Source: Podarcis muralis
Taxonomy: Eukaryota
Direction of reading: 5' to 3'
Length of the DNA stretch: 64,000 bases
NCBI RefSeq assembly: GCF_964188315.1
Contig: NC_135656.1
Location: forward strand, 40,982,001-41,046,000
Below the pieces are notes generated by a model. That model was given only the letters and a program-made list of their open reading frames with translations, ran no database searches and was not told the DNA's origin. The position numbers and the translations under genes were made by a program. Positions 38,201 through 52,073 of this stretch are shown one piece after another; within the stretch, counting starts at the first letter, position 1; each line of letters starts with the position of its first letter.

Positions 38201-41200
38201 CCAGCAAGGGTAGTATCTTCCTGTAGGGATTAAGAATGGGAGTACAGTGGTTTGTGTAAGGTTCCCCCTTCTGAAGTAGGATTTGAACCAGAGGCTGGAG
38301 AGCTCCTTTCAGTACTCTGAACTTTTATAAACCCATGGTTTCCACCCAAGGATAGAACGCTTCTTGTGCAAAGTCATTTGCCTGGCACAATGGATGTGGT
38401 TGCACTCCATTGCTCTCCTCCAGCTTCACTTGAAAGGGGATGAATGGCTCATCGAAATGCTCCAGTAACAACAGAGAATCCATTCAGGTAGACTTGGACT
38501 TTGAATGGGTAACTCTGTCAGATAATTTCCATATGATACACTGGGACCTCTGGTCTCTGCTCGTGTACTATGGTGCAGCCTCTGCTTAATGAGCTTAGAC
38601 TCTGCTCCCGTTGATTATCAGCACTCATAAGGGTTCTTAAAGTTTATGCAGTGGAAGCTTCTTAATTAGGCCATGCTGGCAGCCAGCCTTCTGTTACTCC
38701 TCATTAAGCAGTTTCCCCAATTAAATGGAGAGGCTTTCTTAGAAAGTGCCTGGGTGCCCAGCATTGTGTTTCAACCTGCAACAGATTCAGTGTCAGATCT
38801 ACCTTGGAAGAGCCTATTAATGCCATTAGAGGTGAAATACAGGGTGTCTCTTTTTCATTTCCTCATTAAGGCTGCCAATTCCTTGCTTCTGCTATAAGAC
38901 CTTTCAGTAAATCATCACAGTTTAAATTGAACTATTGGAGTTCTTAGGAAAGCTGAAGTTTGAGAGAGTTCAGTATGCTTATTCATTATGCTGTGCCTCC
39001 AATCGTTAATCTGATTTATCTGTCAAATGCCCGAGGGTGCAAATATCCAGGGGCCCAGTAGCTACTGGTGCCTTAAAAAACATGTGCCTCATCCACACCA
39101 TGCATTTAAAGCAGATGGTTTCCTTCCAAAGAAACCCTGGGAACTGTACTTTGTTAAGGGTGCTGGGAATTGTAGCTCTGTGAGGTGTAAACCCCGGAGA
39201 CACCATGCACTTCAAATGTATGTTGCCAGTGTGAAATGGGCCTAGTTACTACCTTATTGCTTCCTTTCAAACCATGTGACCACACGCAATAGAGAGTTCT
39301 TGAGTGGGTAAGTAAGAATTGCTCTGTGGGGTGTGTGTCCTTCAGCTGGACTGTTTCAAAGGTGGAGAAGCTGCACTGGAAATGGGTAGAATATTTGTGG
39401 AACATGGAAGAACTGTTGGAGTAGCGGACGTTGCAAAGGTAGCACTTTCTCAATGTGCAATGGCTAGAGACAGAATTCCCCAGTGGTGAATTATTGAAAG
39501 GAAGCAGTAGCTGAACACTCTTAAACAGGGGAATGCAAAACTTTCCAATTCCATTGGTGGGCTGACTTGAAGCTATCTTTCTCCAAGGCCGAGAAATTTT
39601 GAAAGCTGCTCTATGCTTTTTGCTCACCTTGCATGGTGGATCCTTCAGTCCAACAGATTTGCTGAGAGGCAATTGGCTTGATGGGTTGTTTCACTGCTGC
39701 TAGCAAATTGTATATGCTTTCTTTCTTTCTTCTGCATAGCTCTACACATTTGGGGAAATCAATGTTGGTAAAAGAAACACTGTGTGTCAAACTGTTTGGG
39801 AGTTAGACCCTATCCAAGAAGATAATGGTATTCAACCTGAATTCCTTCTTCCATTCACCCCTGCCCCCATGGGGTTCACCTGTCTCTTCCACCTGAGCCC
39901 ACCAGTTCTGTGAGGTCTCAGTGAGAAGTGGATGCCACCGCTGTGTTTTAACAACCTTCCCTTTCTTTTAACAGGGATTTCATTTCAAAGGCTGGTTAGG
40001 GCAGAGCAGGGTCTGTCTGCAAAGAGCTGTGAGAGTTCCATTGTGTAAGTATCATGCAGGAATCATGACTGCTTTCTGTGGGTTAGGAAAAGGAAGGAGC
40101 TTTTGGGGATATTGTCCTCCTTTAAATTTCCCAGGGCCTCCTGTTGCTCAGGGCTTGGCTTGTACCAGGGCTCAGCCCCAGCATTTATTTTAGGTAACAG
40201 AGGAAATTCCTGGACTATATGAAGGAAGGATAAATGAAATAGTCCCCCGAGTATGCAGAGTGACTTTCCATCACTACTGAGTAGCTGTGAAACCCCCCAG
40301 ACAAAAGATATGGCTCCCAGACCAGTGGTGGTAGGGTGACTGTAGGCAGGCTTGAGACCTGACAGATCGTAGGTCCCAACTGCACTAGCAGAATCCTGCC
40401 ACTTAAACAGCCATGGCTTCCCCTAAAGAATCATGGGAATTTTGGTTTGTTGTTAGCAGGTCTCTGTTCCCCTCAAATAGGTACAGTTTGGGAAAGGAAT
40501 GTGGATGGTGGGATCATAATGGATATGTACAGGATCAGCCCAGACTCTGAAGTGACCTGCGTCTGACCCTAAATTAATGTGTGTCTGCTGAGGTGCAGAC
40601 AAGTCTATAACTGCCCTTTTTCAGTCCACCACCCTATCAGAGATTATATAGTTATGGTTATCAGTTGTTCATGGATAGGGAGGGCTAGTTGTAGATTATG
40701 ATTATTTCTCTGCAGTCTTATAACTGCTAGCTATCTCAACAATGCCAGGCTATGTTTTCTAAGCATGCTGGTTCATAGAAGGGGAGTGGGTGTAGAAAAA
40801 CAGAAAAACTGTGCCATCTGCTGGTGCTTTGATGTGAATTAATTGAAGTATGGAGCCTCTGCATTTTTTCTCCTGCCCTCCAATAGCTCATAGATTATGA
40901 AAGTGATCTGTGGCCCCAGGCACAGATAAAAGTTGAGTCTCTCCATTTCTGAGTTGGGCTGTTAACAGCTTGCCGTCCTATTGCCTCTTCTCTCTTACCT
41001 ATTCGCCACCCCGCCACCCCGCCACCCCCACAGAACAGTCCTATTGCTGAACCCTTCAGAGGTTGATGGGGAGTTTCTCTCGGTCGCTGAAAAGTTGAGC
41101 ATGGCAGAGCACTCCCAGCACACGGTACTGGTGACACTCCTGGAGCACATCTACCAAGCTAACTTTGGGACCAAATGTGACCTGCCAAGACTACGTGAAG

Positions 41201-44200
41201 TTCTCAAGGTAGGGAAAGCTGTGTGGCCTGAGGCCTTGGATGCATAGCTTTGTGGAATGATTACTGAGCGACAGTGGCGTAGCGTGGGTTGTCAGCACCC
41301 GGGGCAAGGCAAGTAATTTGCGCCCCCTAACCCGTGGATTTGCGCCCCCTAACCTGTGGATTTGCCCTAACCCCAGATGTTGCGCCCGGTGCGGCCGGCC
41401 CCCCCTGCACCCCCCACGCTACGCCACTGCTGAGCGATCCTTAAGTTCCAGGAGTTTTCAGTCTTGAAGAAGCAGGCGTTTTGATGGCAAATAAGAAAGT
41501 GGCTTGGGTCAAAGGGTGAGAGAAGGAAGGATACTGAATAACTTGCCTCGCATTGTTTGCAGGTTGACTATTTAGTTCAGGAAGTAGATTGGTTTTACCC
41601 CAAAAACCACAGCAATTTTTTTTTCTGTGTGTGTGTGTGTGTGTGTGTGTCCTTGCAGCACTGCAGAATATTTACTTAAACTTAAATCCTCCTGCCTAAA
41701 CTGTGTGATCCTGTTCCTTGCTCAGAAAGGGCAGCACAGCCCATGCATCATGGTTAAACTCTGTCCTCCCATCCTCCCACCTGTTGCATATTGTGTAGTG
41801 TGGGAAATGGATGCTAAGATACCAGATAGATCTTCTGCTGACTGTTCTCTCTCTCCAGCTGAAACCTTTAGAAAAGCTCATGGAGATGTTTGCCAGCACC
41901 ACAGAAGCTCAGGAGCTGGCAGCTGCCACCAGCAATGACCTTTCCATGGCTAAGGAGCAGCTGGAATCTGCTTTGCTGGAGATTGCAAAGGCAGCTGGGC
42001 TGCCTGAAATCACAGGTGGGAAATTATTAGGGCAGTTTCTTCCTTGGGGTGTGGGTGGGCATGTTTGGATGTGGTCAGTTCCCTACCATCCTTAAGGAGC
42101 ATGTTGCACTCCTAACCTCTGGTTGCTTGTCTCTTTAGGGGAAGTCCAGCCTTGTAAACTCCACCTGATCCCCATCCCTGTTGCCCGGTGTTACACCTAC
42201 AGATGGGATAAGGATAACTTTGGTAAGCTTGGAAACATGTAAGCAAGTTTGGCTTGATTCCAGGAGATGTTCCTTGGCCCCTTCATGGCTTCCCATTCAC
42301 AGCTGTGTATATTTCTTTTTCCCAAGCGGTGATAATCCTGGCAACAACAGCTGTGCTCTAGTTGGACCCTTGTACCCTACAACATCTCCAAATCTAAAGG
42401 CTGATCTTTCAGTGGGTGCTATTAGAACAGAGCGTATAAAAGCAATCTCAAATTTAAAACTGTATACATTTTCTCCTTTTCTATTCCTAATTTTGCACCT
42501 CTGTCCCTTTTGCAGACATCTTGAATGAGGTACTAGACAAAGAGGGGCACTTCCCAAAGCCTGTGGTTTTGGAAGATGAGGAGGAGGAGGAAGAAGAAGA
42601 AGCTGATGGCTACTGTCCAGAAAGAACTTCCCTGTTGACTTCCCTGGCTGCTGTCTCCAAGGAATCTGTGTATTCCGTATTGTCGGAGGTCAGTCCCCGT
42701 GACTCGCAGGCACCGGTCCTCTCCGCCCTTTCCAAAGACTCTGAGCTCTTGTTGGCCTCTAAAAACTCTTTGAAGACTTTTGTCTCCAGCCTGAAGGACT
42801 ACACGGACAGCGGTTATGTGGAGGACAGTGACGAGAGCTCCCTTGAGCCGATGGGCCGCCTGGATCCAAAGGAGGAGAAGGCATCTCCCAGGCACCGGTA
42901 TCGCCTGAGCAACAGGATAATCAAGCTGTTCAAGAGCAAGAGCCAGCTCATCCTGGGCAGGGAATTGCGGGACGTTTCTGAGGTGGCGTCGCTCTCACTG
43001 CCGCTGCGCCGAGCTGAGAGCCTCTACAACCCCGTGGTCAAAGAGCGCATTCCCACACGCTCACGGCGTGCACACTCTCTGCCGCAGCATGCACTGAGCG
43101 CCACACTTTTCCAGACCCATGTGCCGCAGAATGCCTGTGTCCAGCGCAGGCCCTTCCTGAGCTGCGACGAGGACACCAAGGTCTCAACGCTGCGGGTGGT
43201 CGTGTTTGGCTCTGACCGCATCTCTGGGAAAGTGGCCCGGGCTTACAGCAGTCTTAAGTGAGTGGCAGAACAGCCTCCTGGCTGCTGGTGATCTCCTCTA
43301 CTTGCTGAGTCCCTGTTAAGGGATCAGCAGGCAGAAACGGGAGGGATTTCCTCTTAACATCCCACTTACCTACCTTTGGCCCAAGGGAGTGGGTGATAAG
43401 GTCCCCTCTGGAGTTTCACATCACACCATCAATTCATATCCTATCTTACCCTTTCATGCCACCAATATGCCATGAAAATGGTCTCTGAGCTCTGCAGTAT
43501 GCCTAACTACTACAGTACTGTACCCTTCTTTTATACCTTTTGATGGATGCTAGCAGACTGTAGCACAGGGGTGGGGAACTGGGTCTGTCTGGATCCATAT
43601 CCCCTCCCCACGGGCTGAGTTTGATAGGTAGTCATGACCACCCATGTTTCAATCAGCTGAAATTGCAATGAAGTCAGGTGAACCAGTTTTGCCTGCTGGG
43701 TTTCAGATCAAACCATGTGTTCAAAGGCACAGCATTCTGTAAGCCCTGGTGACCAGGTGTAGGGCAGGTGGGTGTGACTTGGACAAATAGGGAGGTTTGT
43801 TGGGCTTAGTTAGGACTGGGCTGAAGGCAGTAGCAAGGTGGTCTCCATCTCACTGTTTTCCATGTGTCCTATTCATTCGCTGCAGATCTCAGGAAAGCAG
43901 CTGCCCCTGGTTAACTCGGTACTTCAAACTGCAGTTTTACTATGTCCCCGTGAAGAGGAGTGGCTCTACCTCATCTGCACTGACCTACCCTCCTCCTTCT
44001 CCAGGAGATCCACATTCTCGTTCCTGTGGATCAATGGTATGCATTTGGGGAATGGCAGGCTTCCAGGGGGCATGTTCCATTATACCAGGAGACACAATAT
44101 CTTCACTTTTAGCTATTACTGGTGCTTGTTGGGTGCCTTCTTTTGGAAAGAACCTTCTTGCATTATCTGAGATAGGGTGGAGGCACATAAGCCAGGCTAT

Positions 44201-45641
44201 CCCCACTATCTCAGATAATGAACCTTTCACAGCAGGAATTTCAACCTTGATCTCTTTGGATGTTGGGAGCAATTTGGGCATCCTCTTGCTACGATTCTGG
44301 TAAGACCTGGCCATCGATAGCAGCAAGCTAGCTAATGGGCTATGCTTCTTTCTTTGATTTTCAGGATCCTAGTTTGGCAGGGTTGGAGAGCAGCACAAAC
44401 GATATCTCAGTCTACATTGGTATGCTGGATCCATGGTACGAGCGCAATGTTCTTGGGCTAATGAACCTTCCCACAAATGTTCTATGCCAGGTGGGTCCTG
44501 AACTCTATACTGCTTATACTGTAAAACAGCAGTGCTCTCTTTTTGTAAGATCCAGGCCGCGTGGTGTAGCAGTGTCCTATGAGCTTACACTCAGTCATCT
44601 CCCCCATCCTTGGAGCTTAGGTGCTGGTCAGTGTGGGTCTAGGGCCATGCTCAAGGCTACAGATTGCCATCACCACTGCCATCTCCTCAGCTATCCCAAC
44701 TAGCTGCCCACTCACTGATGTTGCCATCACCACCCACCAACTCACCAGCTATTGCTGTTGCTGCTGGGTTCCTTTGGGGGCTGTATGGAGCACTCTCCCC
44801 ATCTACATGTATCTGCCTGAAGAAGGGGTCCTTCTTCAAAGCAAAGCACTGAAGAGAAGGCAGCTGCTGAGAATGCTTATGCTATTCTCATTTTTTCTGC
44901 AGTGGTTGGCGATTCTGTTTTTAAACAGAATTGTTGTGACCAAGCGGTGCACATTTTCAGGCAAATAGCCACGGGGTGCTCAAATGCTGACTCCTCTCTT
45001 GGTCTTGGAGGATGCCAGAGCTCAGTGGTAGAACACCTGCTTTGCATGCAGAAAGTCATGGGTTCAGTCCTCAGCAAGTCCCAGGGAGAGATGTCTGTCT
45101 GAAACCCTGGAAAACCAGTGCCAGTGAGTTTAGACAATGCTGAGCTAGAGAGACCAATGGTCTGACTTGGGATAAGGAAGTTGCTTATGTTGCTGAAGAA
45201 AGAGTTACTAGAGTAGGTGCTGCAGTTGAATCACCAGGGCATCCTTGGCCTAGACCTGTGTGTGTGTGAATGAGGGGTTTGTTCACTTTTTGCTCTTTCC
45301 ATAGCAATCTGCCAAACCTGAGGGTGAGCCCCTAGAAGATACAGCAGAGCAGCTCCCCATCCTTGCTGACATGATCCTTTATTACTGTCGTTTTGCTACC
45401 CGCCCAGTGTTGCTGCAGGTCTATCAGGTAGAGGTGAGTTTGATCCTAAAGCCCCATGGGTTTGGCCAAGCAGCTAAAGACTCACTTCATATTTGCTGGA
45501 GAGATGAGAAGCAACTGCGTGTCCCCTGCCTTGTGTTTGGCCAGGCTGGGCCTCCATGATCTGAGCCTCTACTTTCACTCTGTAACAGTCATATTTGTCA
45601 AACATAGATAACTTGCAATGTGGTGGCCACTATCAGTTGTG

Positions 45642-45681
<40 letters not shown>

Positions 45682-46788
45682 ACTCCTGTCTACTAAAAAT
45701 GTTGTGTGTGCCTTAATGACAGGAAAATTGGAAGCCCCTCCATAGGAAATTGATATGGGTCCCATCAGAGAACAATTGTCTGCTCTTGGAGAGGACCCAG
45801 ATGTATGGTTGTCAGGCTCATGTGATCTTTAGGCAAATCACAGCTCATTTCCAATCCAGGACTGGAAACCCAGTTCAAACTGAGGCTTCCAGTTCTAGTT
45901 TAAGGCAAGCAATGGTTTGTCATAATCTTATTTTACCCAGTTCAGACAAGATAACAAACTCTGGTTTACCGTGAAATGAGAAATGAAAAAGTGTGTGGAC
46001 ATAAGTGTCTGATACTCTTTGTAAGTGTCTGATGACTGAACCACAATCTGAATGAAGTCACTGTGTAAATACGACCCAACTGCCTGACACAATCTTCTGC
46101 TTGTGGCTCCTTTTGAAGCCAACTCTGTGTGGCCTCCACACACACGGATGCTGGCTTCCTCCCTCCAGGCCTATTTGTTATACTCCATAGAATGACTTCC
46201 TCAGCAGCATATAATTCTGGGTCCTTGTGTTCTTCTTTTCAGTGATGCCTTTGAAAGGACCTGGTCTGTGTTTAAAAAGTTGTGTATTGGTACTCTGTTC
46301 ATTAGAATCCCATTTTTTGCCCCTAAGCTACTGGGTTGTTTTTAGAAAATGTTTGACCTAAAGAAGGGCTGAGCTGAATAGGGTGTCTCAGAAATGCTGG
46401 ATTGACCTCTTCCTTCCTCAATTCCACAGCTCACCTTCATTGGAGGGCAGACAAGGACAGAGATCTTCATCCACTCCCTAGAGCTGGGCCACTCAGCAGC
46501 CACACGGGCCATCAAAGCCTCAGGTATGCATCTGATCAATGTTGAAAGCAGGTTCTCTGTGACATCATTTTGTGCTGTTTAGTCTGCAACAAACTAACAC
46601 AGCTATTCCCCTGGAAGGTGAAGGGGAGAACAGAGGTGGGCAGGAGGAAACCAAATTCCTAACCCATAGAAAAAGCAGCAAATTGAGAATTTGGACTGCA
46701 TGATGATCTGCTGGGATGGGTATTCTCCTATTAATACACTGCTAGGATTAGGCACCTTTGAGACTCTTGGTGAATACAGACATAACAC

Positions 46789-46829
<41 letters not shown>

Positions 46830-48297
46830 AGGAGGAGGAGTTTGGACTTGGTATCCCGCCTTTCACTCCCTTTAAGGAGTCTCAAAGTGGCTAACAAACT
46901 CCTTTCCCTTCCTCCCCCACAATAAACACTCTGTGAGGTAAGTGGGGCTGAGAGACTTCAGAGAAGTGTGAATCACCCAAGGTCACCCAGCAGCTGCATG
47001 TGGAGGAGCAGGGAAGCAAACCGGGTTCACCAGATTACGAGTCCACCATTCTTAACCACTACACAAGAGGACCTTTTGCAGTTGTACTGACAGACATGCA
47101 TGCTATTGGAAATTCCAATGCTGGACTTGCCTCTCCTCTGCTTGAGGCCTGTTGCCTGTAGTGGACTCATGTATTTATCTGGTAGCCTCTGCTGCCATCT
47201 CCTCCTGTTGGGGAAAGTTAACAAAGCTGTGGACAGCAGCAGAAACGAGAGGATCACCCGCTCCTCCCCCTCCCCCTCTGCAACATGCAACAGAATAGAT
47301 AGGGTATGTGGAGAGCCTGGTTTTCTCTCTACCTTCACAGGATGAGGTGTGTTCTTTTCCTCTCTCAAACACCTATGTAGAGTAGGTTGATCAATCCTGC
47401 GAAGTTACTTCCAGCTGAACTGGGGAATGTGGCAGAAGAGTATGGGGTGGTGAGCCTGGGACATGCAGCCTGCCTCAAGAGGCAATGCTGATGATTGGGC
47501 AGCTTTTCAGTTTTTTTATTTGCACATCTGTTGGTTCTGTTGTGAAGCCTTCCATGTTCTGTTGCTGAAGAACTTGCCCTTACGCTGCATCTGCCTTCTC
47601 CTTTGCTCTTGAGTATAATGTCTTGGGATACATTACAAGAGACTCTGCACTACATGGCCCTTGTCTGTAACAAGATACTACCTCCTCTCTTTCCCCCTTT
47701 TTTTGGTGCAGGTCCAGGTTGCAAGCGACTGGGCATAGATGGAGACAGAGAAGCAATCCCACTAACACTACAGATCGCCTACAGCAAGGTAATTCAGAGG
47801 TAGCTGCTGCTGCTTGCTCTTATTGCTGATGTTTGCCTCTAATATCCAAGCCTAGTCCTTTAGCTGGGCTGGAAAGGACAGGACCAGCTGCAGAGAGGCA
47901 AAATACAGGGAATGAAGAGGCCAGATGTGAGCAAAAGACTTGTACTCTGGAAGCACTTTTGGAGAATGTTTTAATTAGATGGGGCTGGGGCTGTGAGCAG
48001 CAGTTGCCCCCCCTTTCTTGCATGCTTCCACAGACTAGAGAATAACTGGGGTGCTGTGTGATCCCTCCAGAGAGCAGTCAGTGGACGGAGCCGCTGGAAT
48101 GACATTCAGAAAGTCTGCACAACCATCAATCTCAGCAAGACCTGTAAGAAACAAGAAGAGCTTGGTGAGTCTTTATGCTAGGGTGAACATGACTTTTTGC
48201 AACCTTCTCCCAGCACTTAGGTGGAGAATGGGCCAGATGATTTGGAGAAGCCCTGTGCAACAGAAGCAGCTCCTGATGTAGATGAGCATGCTCTTCT

Positions 48298-48374
<77 letters not shown>

Positions 48375-51300
48375 GTGTGCAAGCTGTTTTGTCATGTGTA
48401 TGTATTTATATATAAATATATATATATGTTGTTGTCTTGTTCTGATGGTTCCTTGTTTTGCTGAAGCATATTGAAGGGAAGCTGCTGACATGCATATTTG
48501 GAATGGAGTTATGCCAATTCTGCCAGGCAAGGAAAAGGCTACTGCACACAAAATCCACACAATCTGGCTCTGTTGCATGTGTAGTTAGCCCCTTGGGGAT
48601 TTCAAAACCTCTTACAGATAGTGGGACACCACCCACCTGGATTACTACTTCTGCCTGTTGCATTTCTGTTGACCAGATGCTGCAACTTCCTTTTTCATCT
48701 CTCCCCTTTTGCTTTTTAAAAACAGCTTGACAGCTAGCTTCAGAACTAATCTGCCAGAGTCATGCAGTAATACACTTGGCCACAAGGTGTCACAAACTTT
48801 CTGGCCAATGCTGCAAGGACTCTGGCTCACCTTCTGCAGGAAACTCAGGGTTGACTCTGGTCCAGCTATTTTAAAGAAATTCTATTTTTAGCCCACTAAA
48901 GCAACTGGCTTTCGATTTGAAATACTTTTAATTGCTTGCATTGACTGAGTGGGGTTTTCTCACTGAAATACATTTTTAGGAACCATCTAGCACAACATCA
49001 CAGATTGGTTCTTGGATTTTGTAAGGTGTGAAATGGGGAGGCACTGCAGAAAAGTGCAGGCAAGTGTCTGCTGTGTGCAGCCTTGCCCCCAGATTATGTG
49101 CCAGGGAAAGGGATTGAGGTTAAGATAACTAACACATTGGTATTTGATACTATGGTGGTGGAAGAGGAGGAGGAGGAGGGATGGGAGATGAAAGTGTGAT
49201 GAGTTTTGGAGTCAAGGGAATGAGGAGAGGGGTGTATCGAGGTGCTGCAGAAACTGTAGCCGCTGGACTGCACCTTTCATAGACTTCTTCCTGAAGCTTC
49301 AGAACTTTTGCAGAGCAGCTGTGCTGTTCACAAAATGTAACTGTGTGTGGCTTAGTTTATAATGGGCTCTTAAGGGTCCTTCCAGACTGGTGCTTTCTTG
49401 AGGGTGCATTCTACAATGTGTCACTAGTGCAGTAATAGTGCAGGTTGATGCTGAACCATCCACACATCATTCAACTCTACTAGTTGTTATTTCCTAGTGT
49501 TACTGCATTACAGTGTTTGAAACTCCCATTGTTCTAGGCACATTTTGTGACAAGAAATTTCATTAGCGCAAGGCGTTTCTGAGCTCTGGGCACAGTACCA
49601 CACCTGAGATTTCAGATTAAAACTGCAGAGTGGAATGCCTCCCCATTTCCAGCTACTCTCTGAAGACTGGAGAAGAGACCCTCTTAAGAATATTAGGGGG
49701 GTGGGCGGGCAGGGGAAGGACTAGACCATGTGAAAAATGAACATAATATTTAGCTGCAGTTCATTCATTTTCAGCTTTGTATTCTTGTTATACAACAGCA
49801 TGCGTAGACATTCCATTGATGTGCCCATAACCTAGGTTTAGGGTGCCATTTAGCTCTTAGCTTTCATATCTCAGTTTCTCACACTGACGTCTGGAGGGGC
49901 ACTCTTGCACAAAGTGCAACAAAAGTGAGACATCACCCACCTCCAGGACATGTGTGGTATGAAAAGTGACAGGCTTTCAGTAGGTAGCTATGGAACATGC
50001 ACAGGTTGGAAGCATGTCTGCCCTGAAACCTTTGCAGGCACAGAGAGTATTGAAAGCAGGATCGTGTATAACCATCCTGATATAATCAGAACACAAATAA
50101 TCATGAATGCACAATAAAAAGGATGTCTGGAGGGACCGTAATTAACCTTACCATGAGGAAGGTGTTGTTCTCAAAGTTCCATATACTAGTATAGCTCCTT
50201 TCCTGTTTCTTCCAGATTCAAAAACCGAATGCTTAACTCTCACTGCAACAGAGGTAATCAAGAGGCAGAGTTCCAAGTCCAAGAAGAGTTTCAATCAGGT
50301 AGCCTGACCTGTGGGTCTTATTTTCATCTGACCTGTGGATTTATTTTCATCTCATGGTGTTGTTGGGTGGGCAAGAATGCTTTTAGCTTTGGTGAATTTC
50401 CCTGCTGCTGCAAGCACCACCAATAATTTGACTTATTTTTCTTCTGCAGCAAATCAGTGTGTCTCAGATGAAAGTGGACAAGGTCCAGATTATTGGGGTG
50501 AACTGTTCCTTTGCTGTGTGCCTTGACCAGGATGAGAAGAAGATTCTGCAGAGTGTCACCAGGTAGGGAAAACATGGGGGGATGGGACATTTCCCCGTAG
50601 TTGTAATTGAGCTCTTTGATGGGGGTGGGTGGATAGGGAAACTGCATTGCCCCCATTGGTCCATCCTGATTTAAAGGTAAGCCACTCTAATTCCAAAGCC
50701 TCGGGACCAAAGATGGTTGCTGGACCTTCACATTAGGGTATATCTAATTTAAGAATTAAACCTAAAGATACTTGGGGTTCTAGGTCTGGCAGCAGCCTGG
50801 TGTTCTGAAGTGTTGCCTCCACCAGTGTTGCGTCCACCAGCTCCTACATGTCACCTGATCTCTGCTGGCTCCACCCTTGGGTAGGTCTGGTGAAAAGGGT
50901 AAAGGGTAAAGGTAAAGGTACCCCTGACCGCACTCATCTAGTTCTGTAGGCTGAGGAAGCCAATATTTGTCTGCAGACAGCTTCCGAGTCATGTGGCCAG
51001 CATGACTAAACCACTTCTGCCGAACCAGAGCAGTGCACGGAAATGCCATTTACCTTCCCACCTGAGCGGTACCTATTTATCTACTTGCACTTTGACGTGC
51101 TTTTGAACTGCTAGGTGGGCAGGAGCTGGCACTGAACAACGGGAGCTCACCCTGTCTCAGGGATTCGAACCGCCGACCTTCTGATCGGCAAGCCCTAGGC
51201 TTTCTGGTTTAGACCACAGCGCTACCTGTGTCCCTGCGGTGAAAAGGGTTTTGGAGCAAATTCTTCATTCCCGCCAAGTTCCAGCAGATCCTGTAAGAAG

Positions 51301-52073
51301 GTTTAGTTAGTTTTGGGAACATATTCTCTAATCCTCAGCTGCTTAGATTGTTCAGGGTGACCCAAGTAGCCCTTTATGGTCATTTGGTTTGGGGGCAGCC
51401 TGTCAGTCGTCTCCCTCTAGATTAAGTCCATTAAAAAGTATGTAGTGTTGAATATTCTTTGTGGATAGCCTTAAGCTTGGTCTACTTTATCCAACAGAGA
51501 CCCTTCACTCCTGATTATGCAGCTTAGTCCACAATTGAAAACTTTCTCACAGGAGACCTCTGCAGTGATCTTCAGGATCCAAGCTGGGTGCCATTCACTT
51601 TGTGTACTTGAGCAGGCCAAACATCATCTGGGTTGCAATGGGGATCAGGACTTCTGATCTAGGATAAAATCCATCCAGATATACTCCTTGTGTATGGTGA
51701 AGCTGTGGCTTCTAAGTTTTCCAAGCAGAGTCCACCTCACTGCATAGTCAATCTACAGGTTCAGGGACCTATGTATTTCTGCTAGGCGGCTGCACCAGTA
51801 CGCCCACCTATTGACTGAACAATGTGGTGCAACTTTGCTCAGAATTAATAATGCACTTAAATGTGTCTGTATCTCCTCAGTAAATCAACTTCTGCTTCAA
51901 TCTCAATGCCCTGCTGTATTCACAGGTGTGAAGTCTCTGCATGCTACAAGCCCAAGATCAGTGAGCCCTGCATTGAGGAGAATCCCTGTTCACTTCTCCC
52001 TACCCAAAATTCCTCTGACTTCTGCTCTCTTCTCTGCTTACCCATTGCCACCTTCAGTGGGGCACTGCCCTAG
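28804..52073 (+). CDS. PIK3R5: Phosphoinositide 3-kinase regulatory subunit 5 (p101), 18 coding exons, 883 aa
   Basis: Exons read by hand: 28804-28903, 31653-31753, 35660-35728, 36594-36732, 39975-40044, 41034-41208, 41859-42015, 42139-42222, 42516-43257, 43886-44036, 44365-44490, 45305-45433, 46430-46523, 47712-47788, 48071-48164, 50216-50298, 50450-50562, 51926-52073. Sum is 2652 nt, all AG/GT flanked with consistent phases. Peptides match recalled p101: [58 protein letters not shown], poly-E tract, [55 protein letters not shown]-terminal [12 protein letters not shown]. Confidence 0.97.
31996..32342 (-). mobile_element. Sauria SINE
   Basis: Reverse-complemented (ACCTTT)n tail and characteristic body GGGTCATGTGGCCAGCATGACTAAG. 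Confidence 0.9.
32789..33152 (+). mobile_element. Sauria SINE (different subfamily) with 13-bp TSD
   Basis: GGGGACGCGGGTGGCGCTG head, (ACCTTT)n tail, TSD TATCCGTATAGTT at 32776-32788 and 33153-33165. Confidence 0.92.
33166..33607 (+). mobile_element. BovB (RTE-clade) LINE 3' fragment
   Basis: [75 protein letters not shown] and the 3' end GTCACGAAGAGTCGGACACGACT. Confidence 0.95.
37390..37836. mobile_element. Tc1/mariner-superfamily (pogo/Tc2-like) MITE with GC-rich hairpin core
   Basis: Perfect 23-bp TIR CCGTATTTTTCACCCTATAGGAC with TA TSD. Confidence 0.88.
41272..41429. mobile_element. hAT-type MITE
   Basis: Perfect 17-bp TIR CAGTGGCGTAGCGTGGG, 8-bp TSD CTGAGCGA (41264-41271, 41430-41437), internal roughly 22-bp repeats containing CCCTAA. 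Confidence 0.92.
42516..43257 (+). CDS. PIK3R5: PIK3R5 large central exon (acidic poly-Glu, low-complexity region)
   Basis: Overlaps track ORF 42521-43261. Acceptor TTTTGCAG ends at 42515; donor AA|GTGAGT at 43257/43258. Confidence 0.95.
45010..45190 (+). mobile_element. tRNA-derived SINE
   Basis: AGCTCAGTGGTAGAACACCTGCTTTGCATGCAG tRNA-like head; body shared with fragments near 4830-4975 and 14960-15030. Confidence 0.7.
46846..47062 (-). mobile_element. MIR-like CORE SINE
   Basis: CCCAAGGTCACCCAGC core with reverse-complemented tRNA head; related copies at about 30770-30945, 55180-55330 and 61590-61760. Confidence 0.65.
48300..48372. repeat. Compound (GT)n(GA)n microsatellite
   Basis: Seen directly. 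Other microsatellites: (CT)n 35204-35241, (CA)n 45645-45679, (GTA)n 46789-46827, (GGGA/GGAA)n 54707-54774, (GA)n 63464-63512. Confidence 0.95.
49374..50138. mobile_element. Possible PIF/Harbinger-type non-autonomous element
   Basis: Imperfect TIR GGGTCCTTCCAGAC / GTCTGGAGGGACCG (12 of 14), TAA on both sides (49371-49373, 50139-50141). Confidence 0.5.
50901..51237 (-). mobile_element. Sauria SINE in the last PIK3R5 intron
   Basis: Body and tail as in the other copies; about 12-bp TSD GGTGAAAAGGGT at 50889-50900 and 51238-51249. Confidence 0.9.
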
